DNA from: Reclinomonas americana ATCC 50394
Lineage: Eukaryota
NCBI GenBank assembly: GCA_048213135.1
Contig: PS015152.1
Coordinates: 9,807-64,393, forward strand
Length of the DNA: 54,587 nt
Reading direction: 5' to 3'
Below the pieces are notes generated by a model that worked only from the letters and a program-made list of their open reading frames with translations, made no database searches and was not told the origin of the DNA. Below are positions 10,291 to 20,050 of this stretch, in pieces. Every line of letters begins with the position of its first letter. Position 1 is the first letter of the stretch. A program made the translations under genes and the position numbers.

Positions 10291-11394
10291 TCACAAGTGC
10301 GACTCCGGGTCCATGCTGCGCCGGTGCAGCACCACCGCCGCCTCCTCCACAATAAAACACCGCAGCACCATCTCTGGCAGGCACCGCGAATCGTACTCGC
10401 GGTTGACAGCTCTTCGTCGAATCCCCTGTACGGCCAGCATCGCCGCCCGCGCAGCGTGGAGCTCCCGCCGCGCGAGCCCGCTGGAAGTGGACCACACACG
10501 CACGGTCCCATCAAAGCCCGCGCTTGCCACATGCTGACCATCGGGTGACGCGGCTACACATCGCACCGATCGTTCGTGTCCATCCAACTGTCGCACCTCC
10601 TCCTCCTGTCCACTCGCCAGCGACCACACTCGGACTGTCCTGTCCGTGCTGCCACTGAGAATGTGCAGACCGTCGGGAGTGACAGCAACAGTGAGCACAT
10701 GGCTAATGTGTCCCTGCAACCGTAGCACTTCTTCGCCACTCGCAAGTGACCACACAATCGCTGTGTGGTCGTCACTGCCGGAGACAATGTGCTGCCCATC
10801 GCGGGTGACGGCAACCGATCGCACCCCACACTCGTGAGCCTCCGAACGTCGCACTTCACTGCCACTAGCCAGAGACCACACTGCCAGCGTGCCCATCGGA
10901 CTCCCAATCACCAAGTGCACCCCATCGGGAGCGACGGCAAGACAATTCACTCCATACATGAAGAACTCGCGGAGCCGCAGCACCAGCTGTCCACTCTCCA
11001 GCGACCACACTCTCACCGTCTCATCAATGCTGCCGCTCACAACGCGCTGCCCGTCGAGAGTGATGGCCACCGCATTCACCTCCCCGACGTGTCCCTTCAG
11101 TATGTGCACTTTCTTCCCACTCTCCAGTGACCACACCCGCACTCTACAGTCGAAGCTGCCGCTCACCGCAAGCGCACCATCGGGAGTGATGGCGACTGAG
11201 TTCACACAACCAGTGTGTCCCTTCAGCAGACGCACTTTCTTCCCGCTCTCCAGTGACCACACACACAAAGTCTTGTCGGCACTCCCAGAGACGATGTGAC
11301 GAGCGTCGGGAGTGATGGCGAGGCACATCACTGGGCCATCGTGCCCAGTGAGGCAGTAGGAGGGAAGGAGGAGGGGAGAGGGAGAGAGGGACAT
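10291..11394 (-). CDS. WD40 array copy 9, more divergent paralog (367 aa)
   Basis: 7 WD repeats with degenerate blade 4 (EFFMYGVNCLAV...GSPMGTLAVW); tail DSRCLPEMVLRCFIVEEAAVVLHRRSMDPESHL. Confidence 0.9.
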   Translation of the reverse strand: MSLSPSPLLLPSYCLTGHDGPVMCLAITPDARHIVSGSADKTLCVWSLESGKKVRLLKGHTGCVNSVAITPDGALAVSGSFDCRVRVWSLESGKKVHILKGHVGEVNAVAITLDGQRVVSGSIDETVRVWSLESGQLVLRLREFFMYGVNCLAVAPDGVHLVIGSPMGTLAVWSLASGSEVRRSEAHECGVRSVAVTRDGQHIVSGSDDHTAIVWSLASGEEVLRLQGHISHVLTVAVTPDGLHILSGSTDRTVRVWSLASGQEEEVRQLDGHERSVRCVAASPDGQHVASAGFDGTVRVWSTSSGLARRELHAARAAMLAVQGIRRRAVNREYDSRCLPEMVLRCFIVEEAAVVLHRRSMDPESHL

Positions 11395-11636
11395 GAAGAA
11401 AGGGGGGAGAGAGGAGAGCAGAGAGGGATGGAGAGAGCCAGTAGTCGACCGGGACCAGGACGACGGTGAACTTTGTCACTTCACATCTGAAGCATCACAA
11501 CGAGCAGCCCCATTGGCCGTGCTCATGTTGAATGTAGAGTGCGACAACCAGGTGCACAACAGTCACTTCAGTAAACATAAAATACGAAACAACAAAAATC
11601 AGCAACTATCTCCCCCTCCTCCTCCCTCTCCTTTTT

Positions 11637-11940
11637 TTACAAGTGCGGCTCTGGGTCCATGCTGCGCCGGTGCAGCACAAGCGCCGCTTCCTCCACAATG
11701 AAGCACCGCAACACCAATTCTGGCAGACACTGCGCATCTGATTCTTCATCGTCGTCAACAATCTCTACACGCTGCATCTCCTGCACGGCTCGCATTGCCT
11801 CGCGTGCTGCGCCCAACTCACACGCAGCGAGACCACACGGAGTGGACCACACACGCAAGATCCTGTCATAACCACCACTCACAACATGCCAACCGTCGGG
11901 AGTCACGGCAACAGCGCGCACATATCCATCGTGTCCCTCG
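11637..11940 (-). CDS. WD40 array copy 10, 3' part (blade 7 plus tail), cut by a gap
   Basis: EGHDGYVRAVAVTPDGWHVVSGGYDRILRVW...CLPELVLRCFIVEEAALVLHRRSMDPEPHL-TAA. Confidence 0.85.
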
Positions 11941-12016
11941 NNNNNNNNNNNNNNNNNNNNCCCCCTCTCTCTCTCCTTGCCCTTCTCTCCCTCTGCTCTC
12001 CTTCCCTCCCCTGATC

Positions 12017-12825
12017 ATGTCCCTCACTCCCTCTCCCCTCACTCTCCTCCCCTCCAAGCGCATCACGGGGCACTCGGACTCGGTGACATGTGTCGCCATC
12101 ACTCCCGATGGTGCGCACATTATCTCTGGGAGTACGGACTCCACAGTGCGCGTGTGGTCTTTGGCGACTGGAGTTGAGGTGCGACGACTGGAGGGACACA
12201 CTTTTTATGTGACCGCTGTTGCCGTGACTCCCGATGGGCAGCACATCGTGAGTGGCGGCTTCGACTGTTCAGTGCGAGTGTGGTCACTGGAGAGTGGAGA
12301 AGAAGTGCGACGGCTGGAGAGACACACTGCGGGAGTGAAATCTGTGGCCATCACTCCCGACGGGGTGCACATTGTCAGCGGGGGCAGAGACAAGATAATG
12401 ATTGTGTGGTCACTGGCGAGGGGGAAGGAGGTGAGACGACTGGTGGGACACACTTGGTGGGTGAACTCTGTCGCCGTCACGCCGGACGGTCTCCACGTTG
12501 TCAGCGGGAGTGGCGACAAGTGGATGCTGGTGTGGTCACTGGAGAATTGCGCTGTAGTGCGACACATGAAGGGACATAGAGGTCGGGTGCTTTCTGTCTC
12601 CGTTACACCCGATGGTCAGCACGTCGTGAGTTGCAGTGACGACAGGACTATGAGAGTGTGGTCAATGACGACTGGCAAGGAAGTGCGACGGTTTGACGGA
12701 AACACTCGTGACAAGGTGCACGTCTCTGTCACCCCCGACGGCAAGCACGTTGTAAGTGGGGGCAACGCTTCTGACCCAGTTGTTCGAGTGTGGTCGCTGG
12801 CAAGTGGGAGAGAGGTGCGACAGCT
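12017..12825 (+). CDS. WD40 array copy 10, 5' part (blades 1-6), on an apparently inverted contig
   Basis: ATG 12017 (MSLTPSP); six repeats ending ...GAG GTG CGA CAG CT at the gap; joins in frame to the 11637-11940 fragment. Confidence 0.85.
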
Positions 12826-12957
12826 NNNNNNNNNNNNNNNNNNNNACTCACTCACTCACTCACTCACTCACTCACTCACTCAGTCACTCACACTCACTCA
12901 CTCACTCACTCACACACACACACACACTCCCTCACTCTCTCTCTCTCTCAACGCAAC

Positions 12958-13022
12958 AAGTTCCGCGCCGCGCGGATCTCCTCCAGCTTGGCCTGCAGCT
13001 CCGGGATCAGTTGTTGCGCCAT
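12958..13022 (-). CDS. Probable first exon of the NAD+ synthetase gene (displaced in the scaffold)
   Basis: ATG 13022: MAQQLIPELQAKLEEIRAARN+TT, then donor GTTGCGT; resembles from memory the N-terminus (LxPxLQxxLxxxRxxRNF) of short protist NAD synthetases. Confidence 0.65.
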
Positions 13023-13332
13023 AGTGATCACAAAAAAAAAGTAAAGGACAAAAAACCATGCAATTGCAACCCGCCCTTCTCTCGTAAAATCGCGCGTTCT
13101 CGATGCCAACGCATGCGCAACGCATGCGGTGAGTGTTTTCTGATGCGCGACTCGCGGGCGCGTTGAATGGATCTAGGCATGACTGTTGCAACCGCTCGTG
13201 ACGCGTGAGATACATTGATTTAGAGGTGGAAAAGTTGCGTTGTTTTGCTGTCGCGTGTGCGCGGTGTTGCAGTGTGTGTATGTGTGTGTGTGGCGCAGTG
13301 TAGAGCGTTGATGGAGGAGTCTGTACCACCAT

Positions 13333-13344
13333 CGTCCTGGTCCC
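13333..13344 (+). promoter_or_regulatory. Conserved upstream motif CGTCCTGGTCCC of the WD40 family (representative copy)
   Basis: Near-identical motif precedes most paralog ATGs: 1907, 3289, 4747, 6209, 7621, 10092 and 11451 on minus; 33293, 34652, 36755 and 38141 on plus. Confidence 0.55.
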
Positions 13345-13488
13345 GCTGCGCGTCTTCAAACACACATCGACGTGGCGAGCAGATTGTTCCACCTCACTTC
13401 TCTCTTTTCTCTCTCTCTCTCCCTATCTCTGCTCTCTCTCTCTCTCCTTGCCCTTCTCTCCCTCTGCTCTCCTTCCCCTTCCTTTCTC

Positions 13489-14610
13489 ATGTCCACTACT
13501 CCCTCTCCCCTCACTCTCCTCCCCTCCAAGCGCATCACTGGTCACAGTGGCTCAGTGACTTGTGTCGCCATCACTCCCGATGGCGCGCACATTATCTCTG
13601 GGAGTACGGACTCCACAGTGCGCGTGTGGTCACTTGAGAGTGGAGCCGAGGTACGACGACTGGAAGGGCATGTGGGCTATGTGATCTCAGTCGCTGTCAC
13701 TCCCAATGGCCAGCACATCGTGAGTGGCAGTTCTGACCATACGGTGCGAGTGTGGTCACTGGAGAGTGGAGAAGAAGTGCGACGGTTGAAGGGACACACT
13801 GGATGGGTGCTTGCTGTTGCCGTCACTCCCGACGCGGTTCACACTGTCAGCGGGAGCAAGGACTACATCGTGCGTGTGTGGTCGCTGGCGAGTGGAGAGG
13901 AGGTGAGGCGATTCGAGGGCCACACTAGGGAAGTGTGGTCTGTCGCCATCACGCCGGATGGTCTCCACGTTGTCAGCGGAAGCAATGACAAGACTGTTCG
14001 CGTGTGGTCACTGGAGAATGGCGCAGAAGTGCGACGGCTGGTGGGACACGCGTATTGGGTGTGGTCGGTTGCCATTGCACCCGATGAACAGCACGTTGTG
14101 AGTTGCAGTGGAGACGGGACTGTGAGAGTGTGGTCAATGGCGACAGGAGAAGAAGTGCGTCGGTTTCAAGGACACACACACACTGTGATTCACGTCTCCG
14201 TCACCCCCGACGGTAAACACGTTATGATTGGAGGCAACGCTGCTGACCCGATTGTGCGAGTGTGGTCACTGGCAAGCGGAAGAGAGGTGCGACAGCTGGA
14301 GTGGCACTCTGGAGGTGTGCGCTCTGTTGCCATCTCACCTGATGGTCGGCATGTTGTGAGTGGTAGTTATGACAGAACTGTACGAGTGTGGTCCACTCCG
14401 TGTGGTCTCGCTGCCTGTGAGTTGGGCGCAGCACGCGAGGCGATGCGAGCTGTGCAGGAGATGCTACGAGAAGCTGCGGTTGACGAGGGCGAGGACGACG
14501 ATGAGCTGGATTGTTGGTGTCTGGCGGAGATTGTGCTGCGGTGCTTCATCGTGGAGGAGGCGGCGCTTGTGCTGCACCGGCGCAGCGTGGACCCGGAGTC
14601 ACACTTGTGA
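13489..14610 (+). CDS. WD40 family copy 11 (373 aa)
   Basis: ATG 13489 (MSTTPSP); 7 repeats; tail CLAEIVLRCFIVEEAALVLHRRSVDPESHL. Confidence 0.92.
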   Translation: MSTTPSPLTLLPSKRITGHSGSVTCVAITPDGAHIISGSTDSTVRVWSLESGAEVRRLEGHVGYVISVAVTPNGQHIVSGSSDHTVRVWSLESGEEVRRLKGHTGWVLAVAVTPDAVHTVSGSKDYIVRVWSLASGEEVRRFEGHTREVWSVAITPDGLHVVSGSNDKTVRVWSLENGAEVRRLVGHAYWVWSVAIAPDEQHVVSCSGDGTVRVWSMATGEEVRRFQGHTHTVIHVSVTPDGKHVMIGGNAADPIVRVWSLASGREVRQLEWHSGGVRSVAISPDGRHVVSGSYDRTVRVWSTPCGLAACELGAAREAMRAVQEMLREAAVDEGEDDDELDCWCLAEIVLRCFIVEEAALVLHRRSVDPESHL

Positions 14611-15285
14611 GATGAGAGAGGGTGATGAGAGAGAGAGAGAGGGATGTGAAGAGAGAGAGAAAGAGTTGCCTTTTTTGTTTTCTTTCGTTTTGATAGCTCA
14701 ACGCAGTGAACTTGTTGTGCCAGGTTGTTACACCTACATTCAACGTTATCAATGAAAGCCTGCTGCAAGTCGTCGTGCGTGAGTCGTGAGGGAGGAAGTG
14801 TCAGTGTCGTCCTGTCCTGCTTCAAACGATCTCAAAGATCATCTCAAACACACACGCACACACCGCGACGACGACTGGCGAGTTGATCGNNNNNNNNNNN
14901 NNNNNNNNNNNNNNNNNNNNNNNNNNNNNNNNNNNNNNNNNNNNNNNNNNNNNNNNNNNNNNNNNNNNNNNNNNNNNNNNNNNNNNNNNNNNNNNNNNNN
15001 NNNNNNNNNNNNNNNNNNNNNNNNNNNNNNNNNNNNNNNNNNNNNNNNNNNNNNNNNNNNNNNNNNNNNNNNNNNNNNNNNNNNNNNNNNNNNNNNNNNN
15101 NNNNNNNNNNNNNNNNNNNNNNNNNNNNNNNNNNNNNNNNNNNNNNNNNNNNNNNNNNNNNNNNNNNNNNNNNNNNNNNNNNNNNNNNNNNNNNNNNNNN
15201 NNNNNNNNNNNNNNNNNNNNNNNNNNNNNNNNNNNNNNNNNNNNNNNNNNNNNNNNNNNNNNNNNNNNNNNNNNNNNNNNNNNNN

Positions 15286-16690
15286 ATGATGCCGTTCAGC
15301 AACAAGTTGGTGGTGGCCGGCGCGTATTTTACCGTGATATTGGTGAGTGTTTGGGGTGAAAGAGAAGTGAGAGAGCGCTAAACGAGCGTAGAAACTGAAA
15401 GGAGCATCGCAGAGCGACACCCTCAACCAGGAGGAACTGGAGCGACTGCGTTCGCTGTTTTTCGAGATTGATGGAGGTGCGTCTCGACTCCACAGGTTGA
15501 AGATCGAGCGTGCGTGCTCAATGTTATTATCGCATGCAGGCGGTGACGGCACGCTGAACGAGAGTGAAATCAAGCTGCTGTTTGAGCGGCGCACGGGGCG
15601 TGAGCTGCGGCCGAGGGAGCTGCGCGCGTTGATGAAGGAGTTGGATGAGGACGGGAATGGGCATGTCGAGTGGGAGGAGGTGAGTGATGGGAGGAGAAGG
15701 GTGATGAGAGGAGGAGGGTGATGAGAGGAGAGGGGTGGTGAGAGGAGAAGGGTGGTGAGAGGAGGAGGGTGATGATAGGAGAAGGATGGTGAGAGGAGAA
15801 GGGTGGTGAGAGGAGAAGGGTGATGAGAGGAGAGGGGTGGTGAGTGGAGGAGGGTGATGAGAGGAGAGGGGTGGTGAGTGGAGGAGGGTGATGAGAGGAC
15901 AAGGGTGATGAGTGGAGGAGGGTGATGAGAGGGGAAAGGCGATGAGAGGAGGAGGGTGGTGATAGGAGAAGGGCGATGCGAGGAGAAGGGTGATGAAGGG
16001 CGATGAGAAAAGAAGGGTGGTGAGGGGAGGAAGGTGGTGGCCGTGACTCGACTTCAGCTCTCTTTAGCACACTGTCCATTCAAATGTCTTTCGTTTCTCT
16101 CTCTCTCTCTCTCTCCTTCCGTTTTCCGCTCTTCGACACACCTTGGTACACTATTAGGTTTCTCATTTTTCTCGCTCTCTGTTTCTCTCTCTCACTTCCC
16201 TACTCTTTCATCTCGCACGAGCTGTATGTTGCATTCTAATGTCTTCTCTCTCTGTATCAACTCACCTTCGTTCCAGCATTCGTGTGTCTTATTCTCTTTT
16301 CTTCTCTATCTTTCTCACACACACTCACTTCCCGTTTCCACTCTTCAAATCACCCTGTAGCTCTGGTCGTGTTTTTGTTCTCATGTCTTCTCAGTCTCTC
16401 CTCTATCTCACGCTCTCTCATTCTGTCTGGCTGTCCCCTTTTCCTATACGCACCTCTGCTGCAACTCCCTGTGTCTCATTCTACTCCGTCTCCTTTCCTC
16501 CAATTCGCCTCTCCCTTCCCCCTTCGTCTCTCCGCTCACCCCTGCCAACCACCCACAGTTCCTGAACGAATACATGGCCCTCGAACTGATGATCGAAAAG
16601 TTCGCCCTGGAAGACGCAATGGCATCGTCCAGCATCAAGGCGGCTGGCGGTGCGGCGGCCGCTGCCGCCGCAGGTCCCTCGCGGAAATAA
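15286..16690 (+). CDS. EF-hand protein, spliced, probably 5'-partial (exons 15286-15342, 15392-15476, 15540-15679, 16559-16690)
   Basis: GT-AG joins give two canonical EF loops, DGGGDGTLNESE and DEDGNGHVEWEEF; TAA at 16688-16690. Confidence 0.8.
15683..16030. repeat. Intronic purine-rich minisatellite, unit about 17 bp (GGTGATGAGAGGAGGAG-like)
   Basis: Roughly 20 imperfect tandem copies inside intron 3 of the EF-hand gene. Confidence 0.8.
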
Positions 16691-16853
16691 ACCAAACCAT
16701 TGTTATTGTGTTTGGCGCATGATCTCGGGGGCAGCTTTACTGAGGGTAGGGGATAATCGGGGGTGGGGGTTGACAACAGCGGTGTTGAGTCCTCCTGGAA
16801 AAGAAGGAGACAGACAGCCACCGTACAAGAGACTCGGGAGAGAGTCTCCGGGG

Positions 16854-19698
16854 TTACTCGAGCAGGTTGAGGTTGAGCGGGGTGTTCGCCTGCAGGACGC
16901 ACCAAAGTAAGTACGCCGTGGTGGAGGACAGACAGCTCCTTCCCTCCAATCCTCACCTTGTGGTTGTTCCGTCGGTGCACAGTGTCGGCGGCGTTGCCCA
17001 ACTCGTTGAATTGCTGTGCGTGTGCACAAGTTCAGCAAGTAGTGTCATTAGAATCCCCTCATTCTCCACCACCCACCTTGATGGCCTCGGCGCTCATGCC
17101 GGCCTTGAAGTGATCCTTCTGCTCGTCGGACATCTTCAGGAACTCGGTGTAGAGGTACACGACTGCGTGCGGCGAGAGTGAGAGGTGAGCACGATTCGCC
17201 AAAAAAAGGCAACACAATCACACGCAACAGTCATAGGTAAAGCCCAGCTCGTCCTCGTCGGTCTGGCCGGCCCACAGATCGGCACTCGGCGGCGCCACCA
17301 GGATCGACTCGGGCACGCCGAGGACCTTGCCGACGGCGAACACCTCGCTCTGGATGGCAAAAGGAGGGTATTTGAGTGAGCTATAAAGATAGGAACAGAG
17401 ATATTGAGCAAGGAAGGAGAGGGGAGAACAGATGCAGAGATAAGGAGTGGTGAGACAGGAGCAAGAAAGAGGGGAAGGGAGAGAAATCAACTGGCAGAAC
17501 GCCACGTGATGTCAAGTGTTGTTGAACGCATACGCACGCACGTGTGTGGGAGAAATGTAGAAAACGGACATCGGAAAGCTTGGAAATCGAGACACCGAGG
17601 GAGAAAAGCGAAGAGCGAGAGTGCAGCGCCACTTTGTGACGTGTTGGGAAACATGCAGGCACACAGAGGTTGCAGGATTGAATAGAGAGAGAGAGAGAGA
17701 GAGGAGGTATTGCAGGATTGAACAGAGATAGTGGAGAGAGTGAACAAAACGTGAGCCCTGAGAGAGTACACAGTGGTTGACCAACATATTTCAAGCAAGA
17801 TGATAAGACAGTCTTATACAAATGGGCAAGTGCACAACCATACAGCATGCAACCAGGGGAAATGAGAAGCAGTATCAACACCCAGCGAACGCACACACAC
17901 GCAGTCTCACTCTCCACTACGCACCTTGTGGAGATCGGCAATCAGCTGCACGTCCACAACTCCGTCGCCGGCCTTGCAGAAGTACATCAGGTAGCCTGCC
18001 ACCAATGTGAGACATGAAGAAGACCGAATCCGTCAATTCATCCGCTGGCACTCACCGTCCTCGTCAAAGTTGCCGGTGCCCATGAGGATGCACGGCAAGC
18101 CCGACTGCGAGATCAGCTGCGACACGTAGTAGCCGACCGGGGTGCGCATGTAGCTGCGCAGCTGGCCGCGGGCGAATGCTGCGCGACACGAGGAGTGAGA
18201 GGAAAGACACAAGTGAGTGAGTGGAGAAGAGGGGGGTGCGGACGCAACCCTCGCCGGGGATGCTGATGGAGTCCTCGACCAGCTTGGAGAGCTGGTTGTG
18301 CAGGTCGGTCTGGTCGACGGTGATGCACTCGGCGCCGAGGGCGTCGGCGGCCTCGTAGGCTGAGCGGGGAAGGGAAGGGGGAGGTGAGGGGAGAGGGAGA
18401 AGGAGGAAGGGGGAAGGGGGAAGGGAAAGGGGTAAGGGGGAAGGGAAAGGGGGAAGGGGAAAGGGGAAAGGGGGAAGGGGAAAGGGGGAAGGAGAAGGGG
18501 AAGGAGACAGGGAAGGTGAAGAGGGAGAGAAAGAGAAAGGGGAAGAAGGAAGGGAAAGGGGGAAGGGAAAGGGGGAAGAGAAAGGGGGAAGGGAAAGGGG
18601 AAGTGGAAGGGGGGAAGAGAAAGGGGGGCAAGGAGAAGGGGAAGGTGAAGAGGAGACGGGAAGGGAGTGGGAGAGGAGAGGGGAAGGGGTAGGGTGGGGG
18701 AAGAGAGGGGGAACACACACCGCGCTGGTAGATCGACGCAGTCGAGTGGATTGGCTGCGCAATGGCAACGACGCGCTGAATGCTGCATGTGCAAGAAGAG
18801 ATTGTGTGAGTGCGTGGTGATGGTCGCATAGTGTGGCAATGCACGAAACGGCGAGTTGGCCATCGACTGGGCCTTCTTGCAGAGGCCTGCGGAGCAAGTT
18901 AGTTGCACGCAGGAGACGATGGGACTAACAGATGACAGGACTGACCGAGCACGACAGCACTGTCGACACCACCAGAGACGTTGACCTGCGCAGGAGGAGG
19001 AAGAGAATGGTGAGAATAGAGTTCAAGGGAAAGCAGAAGCGAAGGAAATGGGAGAACGAATTGAGCCTCCCAAAGCTGTGAGAAAAGAGCACCACCAGGA
19101 GGAGAAAGATTGGAGCAGAGTATATCACAGCGGTGGGAGGAAAGGAGAACAAGCAATGGCACAGTAAGAGAGAGAGCGCGCCATCTGATAGTGCATGGCC
19201 GGCGGAATACAGCGATTGCCAGTGAAGGAATATGGAGAGAGAAAGAGAGGGCAAAGCAAGGCACTCCTGCAGCACAGAATGAGAGAGCGAGCAACCTAAT
19301 GGTGCATGCCTGGGATTACTGCAAAGGCAACCCAAGCAAGAGAGAGAGAGAGAGAGAGAAGATCAAGCGAAGGCGCTACTGCAGCACAGAATGAGAGAGA
19401 GAGAGAGAGAGAAGAGAGAAGCGCGAGCATCAGGCGCTCTTGGAGAACGTCAATAAGCTGCAAGTTCGAGAAAGTGCCAGAAAGAGAGGGAGAGAAAGAG
19501 AGAGAGGGCGTGTGTGCGAGAGAAAGGAAATGCGGCGATCGTTGCAATCGAAGCAACACGCGCCACAGAGAGAAGAGCTGGTCGACCTACAGCAGTCTGC
19601 GAATTCACCCTCCCAACAAGCTCGCCCTAGTTCCCGCATTACGCAACAGCGCACGCCTTCAGTCCGCACTTGCGCATGTAGTCGTTGAGCATCGCGCA
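16854..19698 (-). CDS. nadE: NAD+ synthetase, single-domain NH3-dependent (NadE) type; exons 19648-19698, 18946-18985, 18850-18886, 18721-18782, 18249-18359, 18056-18178, 17925-17995, 17229-17349, 17077-17162, 16957-17013, 16854-16889
   Basis: Spliced product contains the PP-loop SGGVDS, LMGTGNFDE, YFCKAGDG, IADLHKSEV, PPSADLWAGQTDEDELGFTYD and NNHK; ends ANTPLNLNLLE-TAA; all joins are in-frame GT-AG. Confidence 0.92.
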
Positions 19699-20050
19699 CT
19701 GCATGCAAACAAACAAACAGTCAGAAGCGGAGGGGGAGTAAAAAGAGAAATGAGAGACGAGAAGCGATGATGAGAGTGTGGTGAGAGTGTGATTACAGCA
19801 GTGAGAGAAGGGTTGCGAGAGTGAGTGAAGTGAGAGGCTGAACGCAGACACGACTGGAAAAAGCGAGTGAGTGCTGAGAATGACCGGATGCATTGTGCGA
19901 CTGTGAGTGAGTGAGTGGAGTTAGAAAGAGTGAGGGAGTGAATGTGAGTGAATGAGTGAGTGCATGCCGGGAGGAGAACTGTGAGAGAAGCACTGTGGGA
20001 GACTTTGCAGAGAGTGCGAGAGAGTGAGTGNNNNNNNNNNNNNNNNNNNN

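Noticed and set aside
14786-15359. Long ORFs crossing N runs (also at 23.3-24.4, 36.0-37.3, 42.1-44.5 and 45.5-46.9 kb)
   Set aside because: Open only because of Ns and low-complexity CT tracts.
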